Positions 25,663 to 38,016 of a stretch of 64,000 nucleotides of DNA are shown here, in pieces; position 1 is the stretch's first letter, and each line of letters begins with the position of its first letter. The stretch spans positions 2,575,361-2,639,360 of the forward strand of contig CM074805.1 of the NCBI GenBank assembly GCA_037447605.1, in the 5' to 3' direction. The position numbers and the translations under genes are program-made. Source of the stretch: Zygnema circumcarinatum SAG 698-1b. Lineage: Eukaryota; Plantae; Zygnematophyceae. The notes beneath the pieces were generated by a model. The model had not been told where the DNA came from. It made no database searches and saw only the letters and a list, made by a program, of their open reading frames with translations.

Positions 25663-28600
25663 ATGTCGTGGATGCCAAACTGGAAGCGGCAAGCCGACAG
25701 CTATCGCCTCATCCTCGGCTATGGCGACGGCTACCAGCTGGCAACCACGGTTATCGATTCAGCAGCCCCTCCGCCCCCCCCTCCCCCTCTTCCAGTGAAG
25801 AATGGACAGCAGGCCACCTCAGACCCTAAAGCGCCCACTGCGGCTGCAGTACCCGCCGCGCCCCCTGCGCCAGACCCTAGCGAGGGCTGCAAGTACAGGA
25901 TTCAGGTGGATTGGAGTGCGGGAGAGGAGGACGAGCAAGTTGCTCTGCGTTTGCAGTCGCAGCTCATGGTCACTTTGCCGCCTCCGCATGACATGGTGCA
26001 AGTGAAGACACGTGTCGTCCCTGCACACGTGGCTGATCTTGCAGAAGAGGATGGCTCTATTCCGGAAAGTCCTTCGCCGAGCAGCACAAACAGTCGAGGC
26101 GGTAAACCTAACTTTGGAGCAGCAGCCGCGCTTGCATTTGCAGCTGCGACTCGGAACAAGAAAAAAGGGGGTGCCGGGAACGTCTCTCCATTAAGACCCT
26201 CTAATTTAGGGGTAGGATCGACTTTGAAACCTCGGCCGGTAGACGGCGCGCAGGTATCTTCAGACGAGCGAGTGAAGTTAGAGTTTAAGGTTATTAAGCA
26301 TAGGGAGCCTCTCAAGGTGGTGTGCTTATCTCGCACCCAGATTAGTGGAGGCCCTCCTGCCGATGGACTTGGGTTGCTTACAAGAGTTTTGGATCCCGGG
26401 TCTCTTGACAAGGTTCCTCACATAACAGTCACAGAGGAGCTACTCGGTTATACACAGCATTGGCGTTCCTTGTCAGTTTTGAGTCTTGCCAATTGTGGCC
26501 TCATGGTGAGTTTCTCCGGTTCTCCCCTTTTCCTTGCCCTCTGCCCTCTTCCTTTCTTTTTTTCTGTTGGTCACTTTGTTTTCTTTCAGCTTCTTTCCAT
26601 GTTTCTCGTCTTTCTATGCAGTGGTTATTTGGTTTTCACTTTTTTTATTATTTGGTCGGTCTTGCTTGTACTTTTGTGCTGGTGCTTAAATGGCGAGTCC
26701 TTGTTTATTGATTGCAACACCCTGTGCCAGCTGTACTAGAAGAGCACAGGATGCTCTGCTTTCCAAGTTCACGGAGTTTTGAAGGTAAAATGGAGATGCA
26801 ATACGGTCGCAGTGTCATTAGTGTTAGGAAAAACATAGAGGTACATGTTGTTACATAGAGGTAAATCAAAACGAACCGTTGAAAAGTTTGGATAAAGAAC
26901 TCTTACAACGTTTTCTCCCGAGTCTCCTCTTTTTAAACCAGGGGTCCGTCAAGGTGGAAATTTTTTATTTTCTCTTCCCTTATGTACTTGTATGTTTTCT
27001 TCCTTATTGGTTTTATACAGAATGTACCGCCAGAAATTTATCGCTTACCAATGCTGGAAGCACTGTATCTTGACAACAACAAGATTTCGCAACTGCCTGC
27101 GGAGCTGGGGACACTGACGAATCTGAAGATCCTCAGAGCGGATCAGAATCAGTTGACAACTGTGCCAAGTACGAGATCAAACATTTCTTTTTGGTCCCAA
27201 ACTCTTTAGAGCAGATTTTTTTTTTTTTAAGTGGAGCTAATCATAACTTTGGATAATGGGCTCATTAACGCAGCATCCATTAATTTATGAACTTAACGGG
27301 ACAAAACCACCTTACAGTGGGGATTTGAGGTATTTTCAAGGCCTCATGGGCCTTAGCAACTTGCTGGATCATTTTAACGGAAAGACTCAACTGAAAATGA
27401 ATGGATTAAGTTAAGCACATATATTTATTATGGTTCGACACATTTATACACGCATCGGCTCGTCGTATGGCCCAATGCCGGCGTGGCTTTTAGATTGTAG
27501 TGACCATTTTTTTTCTGTTGTAGTAATAATATAATTTCAGAAGGAGACGAGTTGGAATAGCACTGTCCCTTCAAACACCGTTTATGGTATCTGAGATTAT
27601 CAGGTGTTAGGTTTGGGTCCTGTCAAGATAAGCTTGCGTTTTCAAACCTTCGAGCTTGGCTGGGGTTTTTGTTGATTCACTTGCAGTTGAACTAAGGCAG
27701 TGTGATGCGCTCGTCGAGCTATCGTTGGAACACAATAAGCTTGTCAGACCGCTTCTTGACTTCAGGTCCTCTTCGAAACCGTGGCATTTTGGATTGTGTG
27801 GAGGTAGGAATGGTCAATTATTGTCAGGTTTGCCGACATTTACATGGTGGCTTGTGATTAGCAACCTAGCAAAAAATGGCAGGTATCACCCCAATATCTT
27901 GTGGGAAGTTGGAGTCCATCAGAATAGGAAAACAAGTGCCTCTGAAATTTGGCCGTGATGGTGTAAGTTCAAGAGTCAAGGGTGGCATGCCTTAGGGAAA
28001 GTCACGCTGCACCGAGGAGTTATGCTGCACCAACCATCGCTCAATAGCTTATTGTGTAGAGTGAATGTCAAGTGGCTGGCTCTCCTTGTCCTAACTAGCG
28101 CCATAGCTTGGATTGGATGGGACAGAGCACTTGGGCAGCTGAGGGTGCTGCGGCTATTTGGCAACCCCCTTGAATTCTTTCCTGAAATTTTGCCATGTAC
28201 GAATCTGCGACATTTGTCCCTCGCGAACGTCCGGATCGTGAGCGACACCGCCTTGGCCCACGTGGAGGTCACAATTGCGGTGAGGCGATAGCTTAAATGC
28301 CTGCCCATTCAGTAACCGGCTGCATTGTCAAAGTTACATACTCGGGGCATCATCTTTTTTTAATATGAACTATCACAGCTATCAGGATATTTTGCGGTTT
28401 TTCCTTAAAGTTAAAAAAAAAAAATCCTGATTCTTGGCGGGGTGCAATATGATGTGACATTAGTTTGCCAGTTTTACATTGATTTGGCATGGCAAGGTGA
28501 ATGCAATAGAGCATTGTTAAACAGTAAAATGGCATTGCCGTTTTTCTGGTTTGGATGTAGGTTGTTTTGCAGCTCTTATTGTGTTGGGTGGGCTGTGGCT

Positions 28601-31600
28601 GGGTGAATGGGCGAAGCAGTCTGAAGCCCAATCCTATTTTGCAGCTTCCAAGCATAAGCTGAGCGCCTTTTTCGCACTTATTTTTCGTTACTCCTCTGTT
28701 CATCACCCCTTACTAGCTTCAACTCTCGCACGAATCTGCGAAGACCCAGAAAATCGGACAGCTATTGGAAAGGACGAAGGAGCCATTCGACAGATAGTGA
28801 GCATGGTCTTAAGTGACAGCCAGCACGTGGTAAAGGGGCCCTTCGTTTTCATCTCCTCAAAACCATTTTCATAATGTGGATCCTTCATCGTTTCATTGAT
28901 GTGCCCCTTCTTCTGAAAGCCAAACTCGAACAATGAGGAAAGTTTCTCTATTAGGTACAATAGAGCCATGTTCTCTTTCCCTTTTTGGGGTCGTGCGCAT
29001 CTAATAGAAGCATGAGGAGCTTGCAGGTGGAGCAGGCATGCCTGGCATTGTCGGCCCTTGCATCCGATGCAGCAGTGGTGCTGCGCCTTATGAAGGCCGA
29101 TGTCCTACAGGCCATCTGCCAGCTGCTGCGCTCCAAGGAGACGGAAATTCTTGTTTCCGTTCTCAGGGTGGTCTCCAACATTGCTTTCTCTTCCGATGAA
29201 GTGTCAGCGCGTCTCCTGAATCGCGACACGGTCATGCTGTTGCAACAACTCTGCACTCACCAACACGTGCTGGTGAGAATTGTAAACGTTATTGAATTGT
29301 CTGGGTCCCTTGTTGAACCTTGCCCTGGGCTCGCTAGGTTGACGAGGGACTGAGTATGAACCACGGGTCTGGTGCAGTACTGAAGCTCAGAAATACGGAA
29401 TTTTGTCTTCCTCCCAGGTCCAAAAGGAGGCTCTGATCGCGCTTGGCAGCCTTGCCTTCTGCTGGGAGAACCGCCGCGTGCTACTTGCGACTGAGGGCCT
29501 GAGGGACCTCCTCCTCCACCTCAGCGCTGCTCCCGAGGGAGGTGTTCCCGCAGCCGTCCCCGTTCGCCGCGCTGCCGTGCGCTGTCTGGCCATTCTCGGT
29601 GAGCTCTCTTTTGTAGCGCAGGCAAGTGCAGGTCTCCTCACGAAGCCATGTAGCGCAGGCAAGGTTGTAGGATTGCGGTTCTCCGCCTGGAGAGGGAATG
29701 TGCAATGGGTACTATAGCATAGAAGACAAGCCGGTAGAGTTGATGAGAAGTGAAGGCGTTCTCTACGTGTTGTCCCTCTCGCGAGCCTCATTTGCCTTCG
29801 TCAGTGAGGTATGGTCGTCACGGTGTGGTGGTCAGGTTTTCACGTCGGGGCCTCCCTATTTGTGTCAATGTCTTGTTTGACATAGACGTGTGCCTTGAAG
29901 AATTTAACTTGTCTTTGACGCTCTTTAGTTTGTTTTTGTCCTGTCGTGGTTGTGGCACGCCACCCGTTATGAGTGACCGAATTGTATTGAGCACGCTTTG
30001 CTATCGTGAATGTGAACTGCCTTAGTGGAGAGAAACAAAAGAGATGTTGTCTACTGCTGACCTGTCACGAAGTTGAGTGGTTCTAATGGGGTTGAGCCGC
30101 TCGGAGCCTTCTCAGTATCATTAGCACTGAAACACACTGAGAATGGATGAATCAGGGGAGAACGAGTATTTGAGGCGCGCAGTTCGAGGACACCATATTG
30201 GCAAACGTGGTGTACGCGTTCTCTCCATGGATGGGGGCGGCATGCGAGGCATGGCAACAGTTCAAATGCTCGCTGAGCTGGAAAGGTCCACCGGAAAGCG
30301 CATCCATGAATTGTTCGATCTCATCTGCGGGACGTCGACTGGCGGCATGCTGGCAGTTGCATTGGGAATCAAGAAGATGAGTCTAGAACAATGCGACGAC
30401 ATATACAAATCATTAGGTGGGTGCTCTTTAGGTGGGCTCTGTTTGTGGTGGCATTCCGTTACAGTGACATCCTTGAGCTTGGGCATCGCGCAGAGGGGGT
30501 CATCTCTAGGTGTTGCTGCTGCTTACTGCCGTTGGGTTCGTTTGGGGGCAGGCAAACTTGTCTTTGCCAATGTGGAGCAAAATGAGAGTGCAACGTGGCG
30601 GGAGAAATTGGACCAGATTTACAAAAGCTCCTCACAGAATTTGAGAGTGATGGTGCACGGGTCAAAGGTGTGTATTGTGCTTCCTCTTCAATCCCCTTTT
30701 TTGTTGCGACTGTGGTTAAAGACTTCCATAGCATCAATATTTTTTTTTATTTGTTACAATTGTAAAACATCTAACACTGCCTGCGAGGTTCCCATGAATC
30801 GGACAGCAAGCAAACTCAGTGGTAGCTTATCCTGCTTGACTCAGTACATTTAGAGGCTCGCTAAGGTATGGGCTCTGTACATGTTTGGCTTGTGTGCCTC
30901 AGTCCGCTGGAAACAGCTCGTGTAGAATCAAATGTGCAGTTCTGAGCCCACAGATGCCTGTTCTCTAGTGCAGCACAGCGCTGAGGAGTTTGAGAGACTG
31001 CTGAAGGAGATGATTGGGGATGAAGACGGAGACCTTCTGATCGACTCCGCTGTGAAGGGCGGTCCGAAAGTCTTCGTCGTGTCAACACTTGTCAGCGTGC
31101 TGCCTGCCGCTCCTTTTGTATTCCGTAACTATCAGGTGGGCTTCCCTTCTCCCTCCAACATGATCCCACATGGCCTACCCCTCCCATCTGACTTCTCAGA
31201 CGCTCCTGTATTGGACACTTGTTCTGCCATGTTTGTGTTGACACGTGGCGGCTGCTCATTTGGCTGCAGTATCCTCCGGGTACACCTGAGGTGCCCCTAT
31301 GGACCTCGGAGGGCCCTACCCAGACCGCCGGAACTCCGGCCCCTGCCTCCACTCTAAGCTCGCAAGTGGGCCCTCGGAAGGCGGCCTTTGTGGGCAGCTG
31401 CAAGTTCCGTACATGGGAGGCCATTCGCGCATCCTCTGCAGCGCCGTACTACCTGGATGATTATTCCAACGGTGAGTGCTGCTCTGGGCTTAGTGGGACC
31501 ATGGGGGAAGAATTGGGGTGGGTTGTCTGCTGTGAGGTGGCAGGGTAGGATGTGGGGTGAGTTTTAGTTCACGGCACTTGTTCAAGGGAAGTCCTGAAAT

Positions 31601-34600
31601 TGAAGGTCTTTCTAGTCGGCCTAGCCTTAGGATTGAGACGTGCGCGATGGTTTTGGGTCAGCGAGGAACGTGCGTAAATTTGTGGCATAGTTTGCGGAAG
31701 AACACGTGATGGAGGTCCATCCTGTATGCAATTTTCAAGCTGATTTGGAGAGCATCCATGTAGTATTACTGACAAAGCTTGGAATGAAAGGTAAATCTTG
31801 CTTAGGAAGTTACAAACTAGCATACTCTCTTGAATTAAGCAACTCAGCAGACAGTGCAATCCCATCCCAGAGGCCTGCCTTTCTCCTGGATTCCAGAATT
31901 CAATTATATCTGACGTTCTATACCCTCGGTAGCGTAGTCACCCTGCTCTACCCCATTGTGTTCAGCCTATCTCGAGCCCTGCCATGCCATGCATGTTGAG
32001 TTGCTGCCGTCAAGAGGGAGGGGTGGGGGCAGGCACCAACAGGTGGCAGGATGGCGCCATAGTGGCCAACAACCCCTCTGTGATAGCAATGCGTGAAGCT
32101 CGCCTGCTTTGGCCCGACCTGCCCATCGACTGCCTCGTCTCCATGGGCTGTGGGCTGTTGCCAGCCAAGGTGGGGGAATGAGATGCATGTCTCTTCGTGG
32201 CCTGTTTTTTGCAAATCATGGCATGCAGGAAGGAGGGATCGACTTGAAACGTGTGTTTGAGGGGTGGGTGCGTGCCATATGCAGGTGCGTGGGAAGGGAG
32301 GGTGGAGGTTGGCGGACACAGGACAGGTGCTCATTGAGAGTGCTTGTTCAGTGGAGCGAGCAGAAGAAGCACTTGACACATTTCTGCCCCTTGTGCCAGA
32401 CATCAAGTACTATCGGATCAACCCAAGTAAGCTCTATCGTAGTGCAAAAATGCCCCTTGTCCTGTCAGCGGGACGAGTCATGGACTAGTTTTGCACTAAG
32501 TGTCTCACCGGAAGCTGCTGATCAGTATAATTTTTGATTATGCAACGCACTTCCAAATACAAAACGATTCTATTGCTCCTGCTAAAGACTTTGTTTTATC
32601 AGCAACTCAGTACAGGGATTTCGCACGAAACCACGCCCAGCTGGCAGAAGCTTTGGTTTGTCATGCTCGATGTTTTCTTTAGTGTTTCCTTACCAGGATG
32701 TTGCTGCTCGGGTGGGGTCGATTTCATCTGAAGTCAACGCTCGAGGGGAACGCTCCAAGGAAATGATGCATTTTTATCTGTTTTTTTCTCTGCAGTTGAT
32801 GACCGTTGTGGCATGGAACTCGACGAAACAGACCCCGCAATGTGGAAGCGCTTGGAGGCTGCGACTGCCGATTACATCAATGTCATTCGACCAACCCTGG
32901 ATGAGCTTTGTCTGAACCTCCTGCCTGAGCCAAAGCAGGAGGAGAAGATGGAGGCCTTGTTGACCTCCAAAGAACCGTCATTTAGGGACCAATTCATGCC
33001 ACCTGTGATGGAGCCCTCAAGTGAGACACTAGCCTTGTGTTTCATTTCTTTTTTTCTCATTAACTGAGCCGATGGTTGTACTTACGCCCTCTGTACTTGT
33101 TTCCGTATTGGTTTCCTCAAGCACTGACATCTGATGAGTATTCCCTCCGCAGCTGAAGAAGCAGACAAGCCTTCACCTATGCTTGGTTATAGGCGGCGTG
33201 TCCTTCTCGTGGAGGGCCGACGCAGCCCTGAACTCACCAAACCCTTCCGCCATACCCGAGCTTTGGAAACATTCTGCCTCCGCCGAGGTGTTAAAGTGGA
33301 GCTTCTTGACAGCAATCCAGGACCTGCAGGTCTCTCAGGGCCCCTCCCCGCCTCTCTGCACCCTCCCACAGCCCCAATTAGCAGTCCTTCTAAGGGCATC
33401 CCCATGAGCCCCAACAGCCCACCAATGAGTGGAATTGGCCAACCAGTGACCCCTCGCAGAGGTGGAAGCCCCGAACCCGATGGCCGTGGAGATCGCCACT
33501 TTTCGCTTGATGTTGGGCTTGACAGCAGTGGAGTGGATTTGTACCGCAGTTCCGGAGGAGGGGGGGGGTCGCCCATCTGGGCTGGGAGTGGGGCAGGGAT
33601 GGCCTTTCAGCTGTCAGCGCCTGCACAGGAATTGCTAGACCGACTGGAAGGCTCGTCGCATATTGGGTTGGTGCATCTCGCACTGCATTGCGACAATCAG
33701 GGGTTTATTTTGAGGTAAGACTGGGAGCGTCAAACCAAACTTCAATTCGCAATTGTCTGAAGCTCGTCGTGTCCCCCATGGCTCCCCTGCCATTCTCTCT
33801 TCGCGTATTGTCTAGTCTCGCTCGTCCTCATAGAAACGACCCCACTGTACCTTGTTTCACTTACGTGAGTGAGGAGTGTCTCTCCCTGCAGTTGGAGAAG
33901 CGACATATTTGCAGTAGCGGAACCTGGAGATATGGCGGAGGCCTTTTTAGCGCAAGCCTCTGGTAGCGTGCGCGCTGCGCAGCGAAGGTCCCACCAGCGA
34001 TTCGTGGGGCGAATTCACACTATGGCGGACCTCGTGCAGGCAGCTCCGCGCTTCATTATGGGGGGGGCACTGCACCGCTTCATGGGCCGCCACACGCAGG
34101 TAGCGCGAAGTTCCTCCTTGCAGAGCTCTGCTAGCTCAGTCCCATTTTGAATTAAGTGTGTCAACAGAGGAGGGTATAGGTAGGGTATGGACCGCAGGAT
34201 GAATGAAACGTGAGCTTTGTGTGATTCTAAAGAAGAGGGACATGTTAACGAGACTACGGTGAAGACAAGTTCAGAAACAGCTGTCCATGTTTTTCTGTCA
34301 ATTGCCTTAGCAGTCAACGCTGCAGTTTAGAAATGGGTTCTGCAAACTAAAGGCTGCAGGTTTTCATGCGACTTTTGCATGGTGGCTTGGTAGTCGGCGA
34401 CGACCTTGAATTGTTTTGACAATTTAGTCCCATGAACGGTAGAAAGATGCGTAGTGAAATAGCCTCCTCATGGTTGGCATAGGCAGGCTCGACCAGTAAA
34501 AAAGCAGCACGCATTTCTTCTAACCTACTCTCTTGCTATTGCTGCGGCGAATGCTGTTTGCAGGTCATGCCTGATGGCAATGAAGTCGGGGCATATCTGT

Positions 34601-35266
34601 TCAAACGAACTCTTCCTGCTTCGCGAATAACACCGGATGATGCTCGATGGATGGTAAGACGCCTGATGACGAATAAGCGTTCTGCTTTGAGATATGAGCA
34701 TTCAAAGGATAAAGCTGCACGTTTTTGTTGTTGTGAACTCTGCATACGGCTTGAAAACGCACGCCACTCACATTTCTTTGTCATTGTGACGTTTCAAATT
34801 TGTGCAGAATGGAGCGTGGAGGGACCGAGTGATTGTTTGCAGCGGAGTCTATGGTCCCCCCACCACTTTGGTGGATGCCATGTTGGATTCCGGGGCCAAG
34901 GTGGTGATAGCACCTTCAAAGGAGGCGCCTTTGCATCTCACACAGCCCAGCGCTGACTTCTTAAGAGCAGATAGCTGCCCTTCTCCAAGCGACGCTCGAG
35001 AGGAGGGAGATGCAAAACATGGCCATGAAGGCGGAGGGAATGATGAAGATGAGGATAATCTCGGTGGTGATGAGTGGGAGGATAGGAGTGAAGCGGGCCT
35101 GGAAAGTGATGACATGGGCTCTCAAGCAGAGGAAAAAGATTTGGCCGATTTCTTGGCGACGCTCTACGACGGAATTTACACAGCTGGGCTCGATGCAGTC
35201 ACAGCGGTGAAGCAGGCGCTGGAGGAACATCCCAAGCAGCATTTTCAGTGTCACGTGCCCAAGTGA
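25663..35266 (+). CDS. PLA1: Phospholipase A-I (LRR + ARM repeats + patatin domain), about 18 exons
   Basis: MSWMPNWKR start. YRIQVDWSAGEEDEQVALRLQSQLMV, LRR exons (LYLDNNKISQLP, LSLEHNKL, LFGNPLEF), ARM exons, patatin motifs DGGGMRG and GTSTG (exon near 30153-30417) and WQDGAIVANNP (32043-32169), C-terminal HFQCHVPK. Colinear with Arabidopsis At1g61850 as recalled. Confidence 0.95.
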
Positions 35267-38016
35267 GCGAAGGGTTATCGTCAGGTGACTCGAATTTCCG
35301 AACTTTAATTTTTGAACTCCAAGGTAAGTTGGGCCCGTGGGCATGTACAGCCAGAAATGTAAAATAACGGTCGAGAAAACAAGCCTAGGGACACGATCTA
35401 TAGCCGACACCACGGGCTATGTTACATTGCTTTTATTAGTATTGCGGTATGGCACTTTACATTGTGGGCCTTCGGGTAACGACTCTGTATATTTGTTATA
35501 CGGCGAACCATAGGACGACGTTGCACATAAGAGTGTCGATTCGTCATTGTTTCGGTTCTCTTTTTAGGCATAAGCTGGTAGGCATAACATAGTTGGATCG
35601 CATACAGCAAGAATAATCCCAGGGAGTTCTGGAGCATGAGGGGGCAGTAACGGTAGAGATATACGAGCGGGTAACTTGGCGCCTTGGGTGGGGTGCAAGT
35701 CAGAGAGGAGAGAACCATGAGAACGCCCCCTTGATATGTACACGGAGGGGAAAGTCAGGGAGGGAGCCACGTCTCTGAGGGTCCTTTAGAAGGGTACTGT
35801 TTTACTGCGTGCATTCAATTTTCTGGCAGCCAGGTGACTTTTGCCCACTCGTGAATCATTTTCACCGCCATCTGTCAGAACATTGTGCCAAAAGCACGAA
35901 TTCCGAAGGCTTTCAACTCATTATGTAGAGCTCGAAGAGGAACCCTGAGCGAAGGTGTGGCGGTGAACATCTTCGTGGCACACGTTGCTCTTACTGCAAT
36001 ACACATTCCCTCGTATATCACATCCTCACTTTGCATCTCTTCCTTCACAAATGCCAATGTTACCCTATGGAGTGAAAATTGAATGTAATGAGATGTATAT
36101 TGAACATCAGATCCGTACCATGGCTAGCACACTTCGTCACTGGGCCTGGAATACTCTCAATTTTTAGATGTTATTTCCATGGAGGGCTTTTCGTGTTATA
36201 ACTTATTGGTGTTGGCATGCTGCATGTGGTAACACAAGGCCTCCTGTATGTAAAGAGTTTTGTGGTCGTTTAACCGCTTGTGTGCGAGCGAACCGAAAGA
36301 GTTACCTACAAGCCGAACGACCCTCAGCTTGCAGGCTTCAGTTGTGTTCGCAAGCGCACTGATGGCAATTTTCGTGCGTCGTGTATGGCCGGCACTGAGG
36401 TTCACTTCCAGTTCGTCTGTTTTCATCACTTGACTCGTTGAGATTTTCGGTTGCCTCGACGCCAGTGCGGATCCAGGATTTGTGCTGAAGGGATGGTTAG
36501 CTCCCTCTCAACATAATAAAATACATAAAGCACATGAATAAAATCAAATAAAAATAAAGTAAAATTTTCAAGATTTGAGGGAGGGGTAAGCACTTGCTCG
36601 ACGCCCGTTCGATTGCCTTCCTCCGCCAGTGCGCGCTATGCGCACACGCCCCCCTCCTCCGGCCACGCTCGCTCGCTCGCAGCCAGCGAGCCCTCCATCG
36701 ACAGACAACGCTCCTTCCACGCGCCGCGGCTGTTGGGGACCGTCCGATGGCCTCCCCCCTTCCCTCCCTGCGCGCCACGTGGCTCCCACTATGGGCGACC
36801 TACCTTCGCGGCTGGCTGCCTCCCGAGCCGGCCGTGTCGTTGTTGTTGTCAGGCCTACAGCAGGCCGAGGCAGGCAGGCACCCCCGCTCCCATCATCTTC
36901 TTGTCCTCTCGCTCCTTGTCCTTAGCGACCCACTCCCCCTGCCTCCCGCGTCGTCCTTGTTGTATTCGTCCCTCTCCCTCCCTCCCTCCCTGTATCATCG
37001 GCGCAGGCCGTTCAGTAGGGCCGCGCACTTTCTCGCCGCTCGGCACATTTAAAGGCGACAAAGAAGTCCCCAAAATCGGAATCCGCCATTCGCGGATCCG
37101 CGCCGCTCTGGCCCTTCGGCCCCGCCCGACGCCACGCTCCGTAGAACTGCCCCGCCGCATGGAGCGCCCCCCGCCCCCGCCCTCTCGTGGAACACTCCAA
37201 TGACGCGCGCGTGCCGCCGCGCGGGACCGTTATTTCGGTTACCGCGCGCCGCCCAGCGGTTGGACCCGTTCGTATGGATCCCTCCGTACAGTGCGTCCGC
37301 TCGGCATTACACGACTGCCGTCACGTCACGTCCTGCCGTCTGCGACGCCCACCAGCTGGCCACGCCCAATCGCCGCCCCGGAACGCGTCGCAATCTATCG
37401 CACACGTGCGACATCGCGCCCAGGTTTTTGTTGCATGTGCGACCCGGCGAATTCAATCGCCGTCACCCGCGCGTCAATGCGTGCAAGTGCGCGCCGACAC
37501 GCCTTGTCGTCTAGGGCACCGACCTATTCAACTTCTGCCGTCCGTACCTACCTTCTCGCCGTTTTCCCAGCCATCGATCTTGCCGGCCGTTCCTTCTCCG
37601 CGATCCTCGGAGACGATCTCAGCCGCCAGATCTCGATCCCACCGCCGGCCGTTGACCTCCCGGCCGGTCAACCGCGACCGGCCGGCCACCTGAAGACCGG
37701 CCGGTCGTCGCGTTCGCCGCAGCCCGCCCGGCCCTCGCCGGTCCGGCCAATGGCCGGCCGTCCTTGCGCGTGCGGGACGACTGCCAGGGTGGCCGCGCAC
37801 TGAGGCGCCCGCGCACTGCGGAGGGCGCCGTTGCCCGTCCGTACGGGGGCCGGGCGGGACAAGAAACGGGAAGAAGAGGGGAGGGGGGCGCGATAAGGGC
37901 CGGCGGGAGGGAGGGAGGGAGCGAGGGAAAGACAGCGATCGAGGGAGAGAGAGAGAAAGAAGGAGAGGACGAGAGAAAGAGAGAGGGAGGGACTGGAGGG
38001 AAGGACCGGAGTCTCC

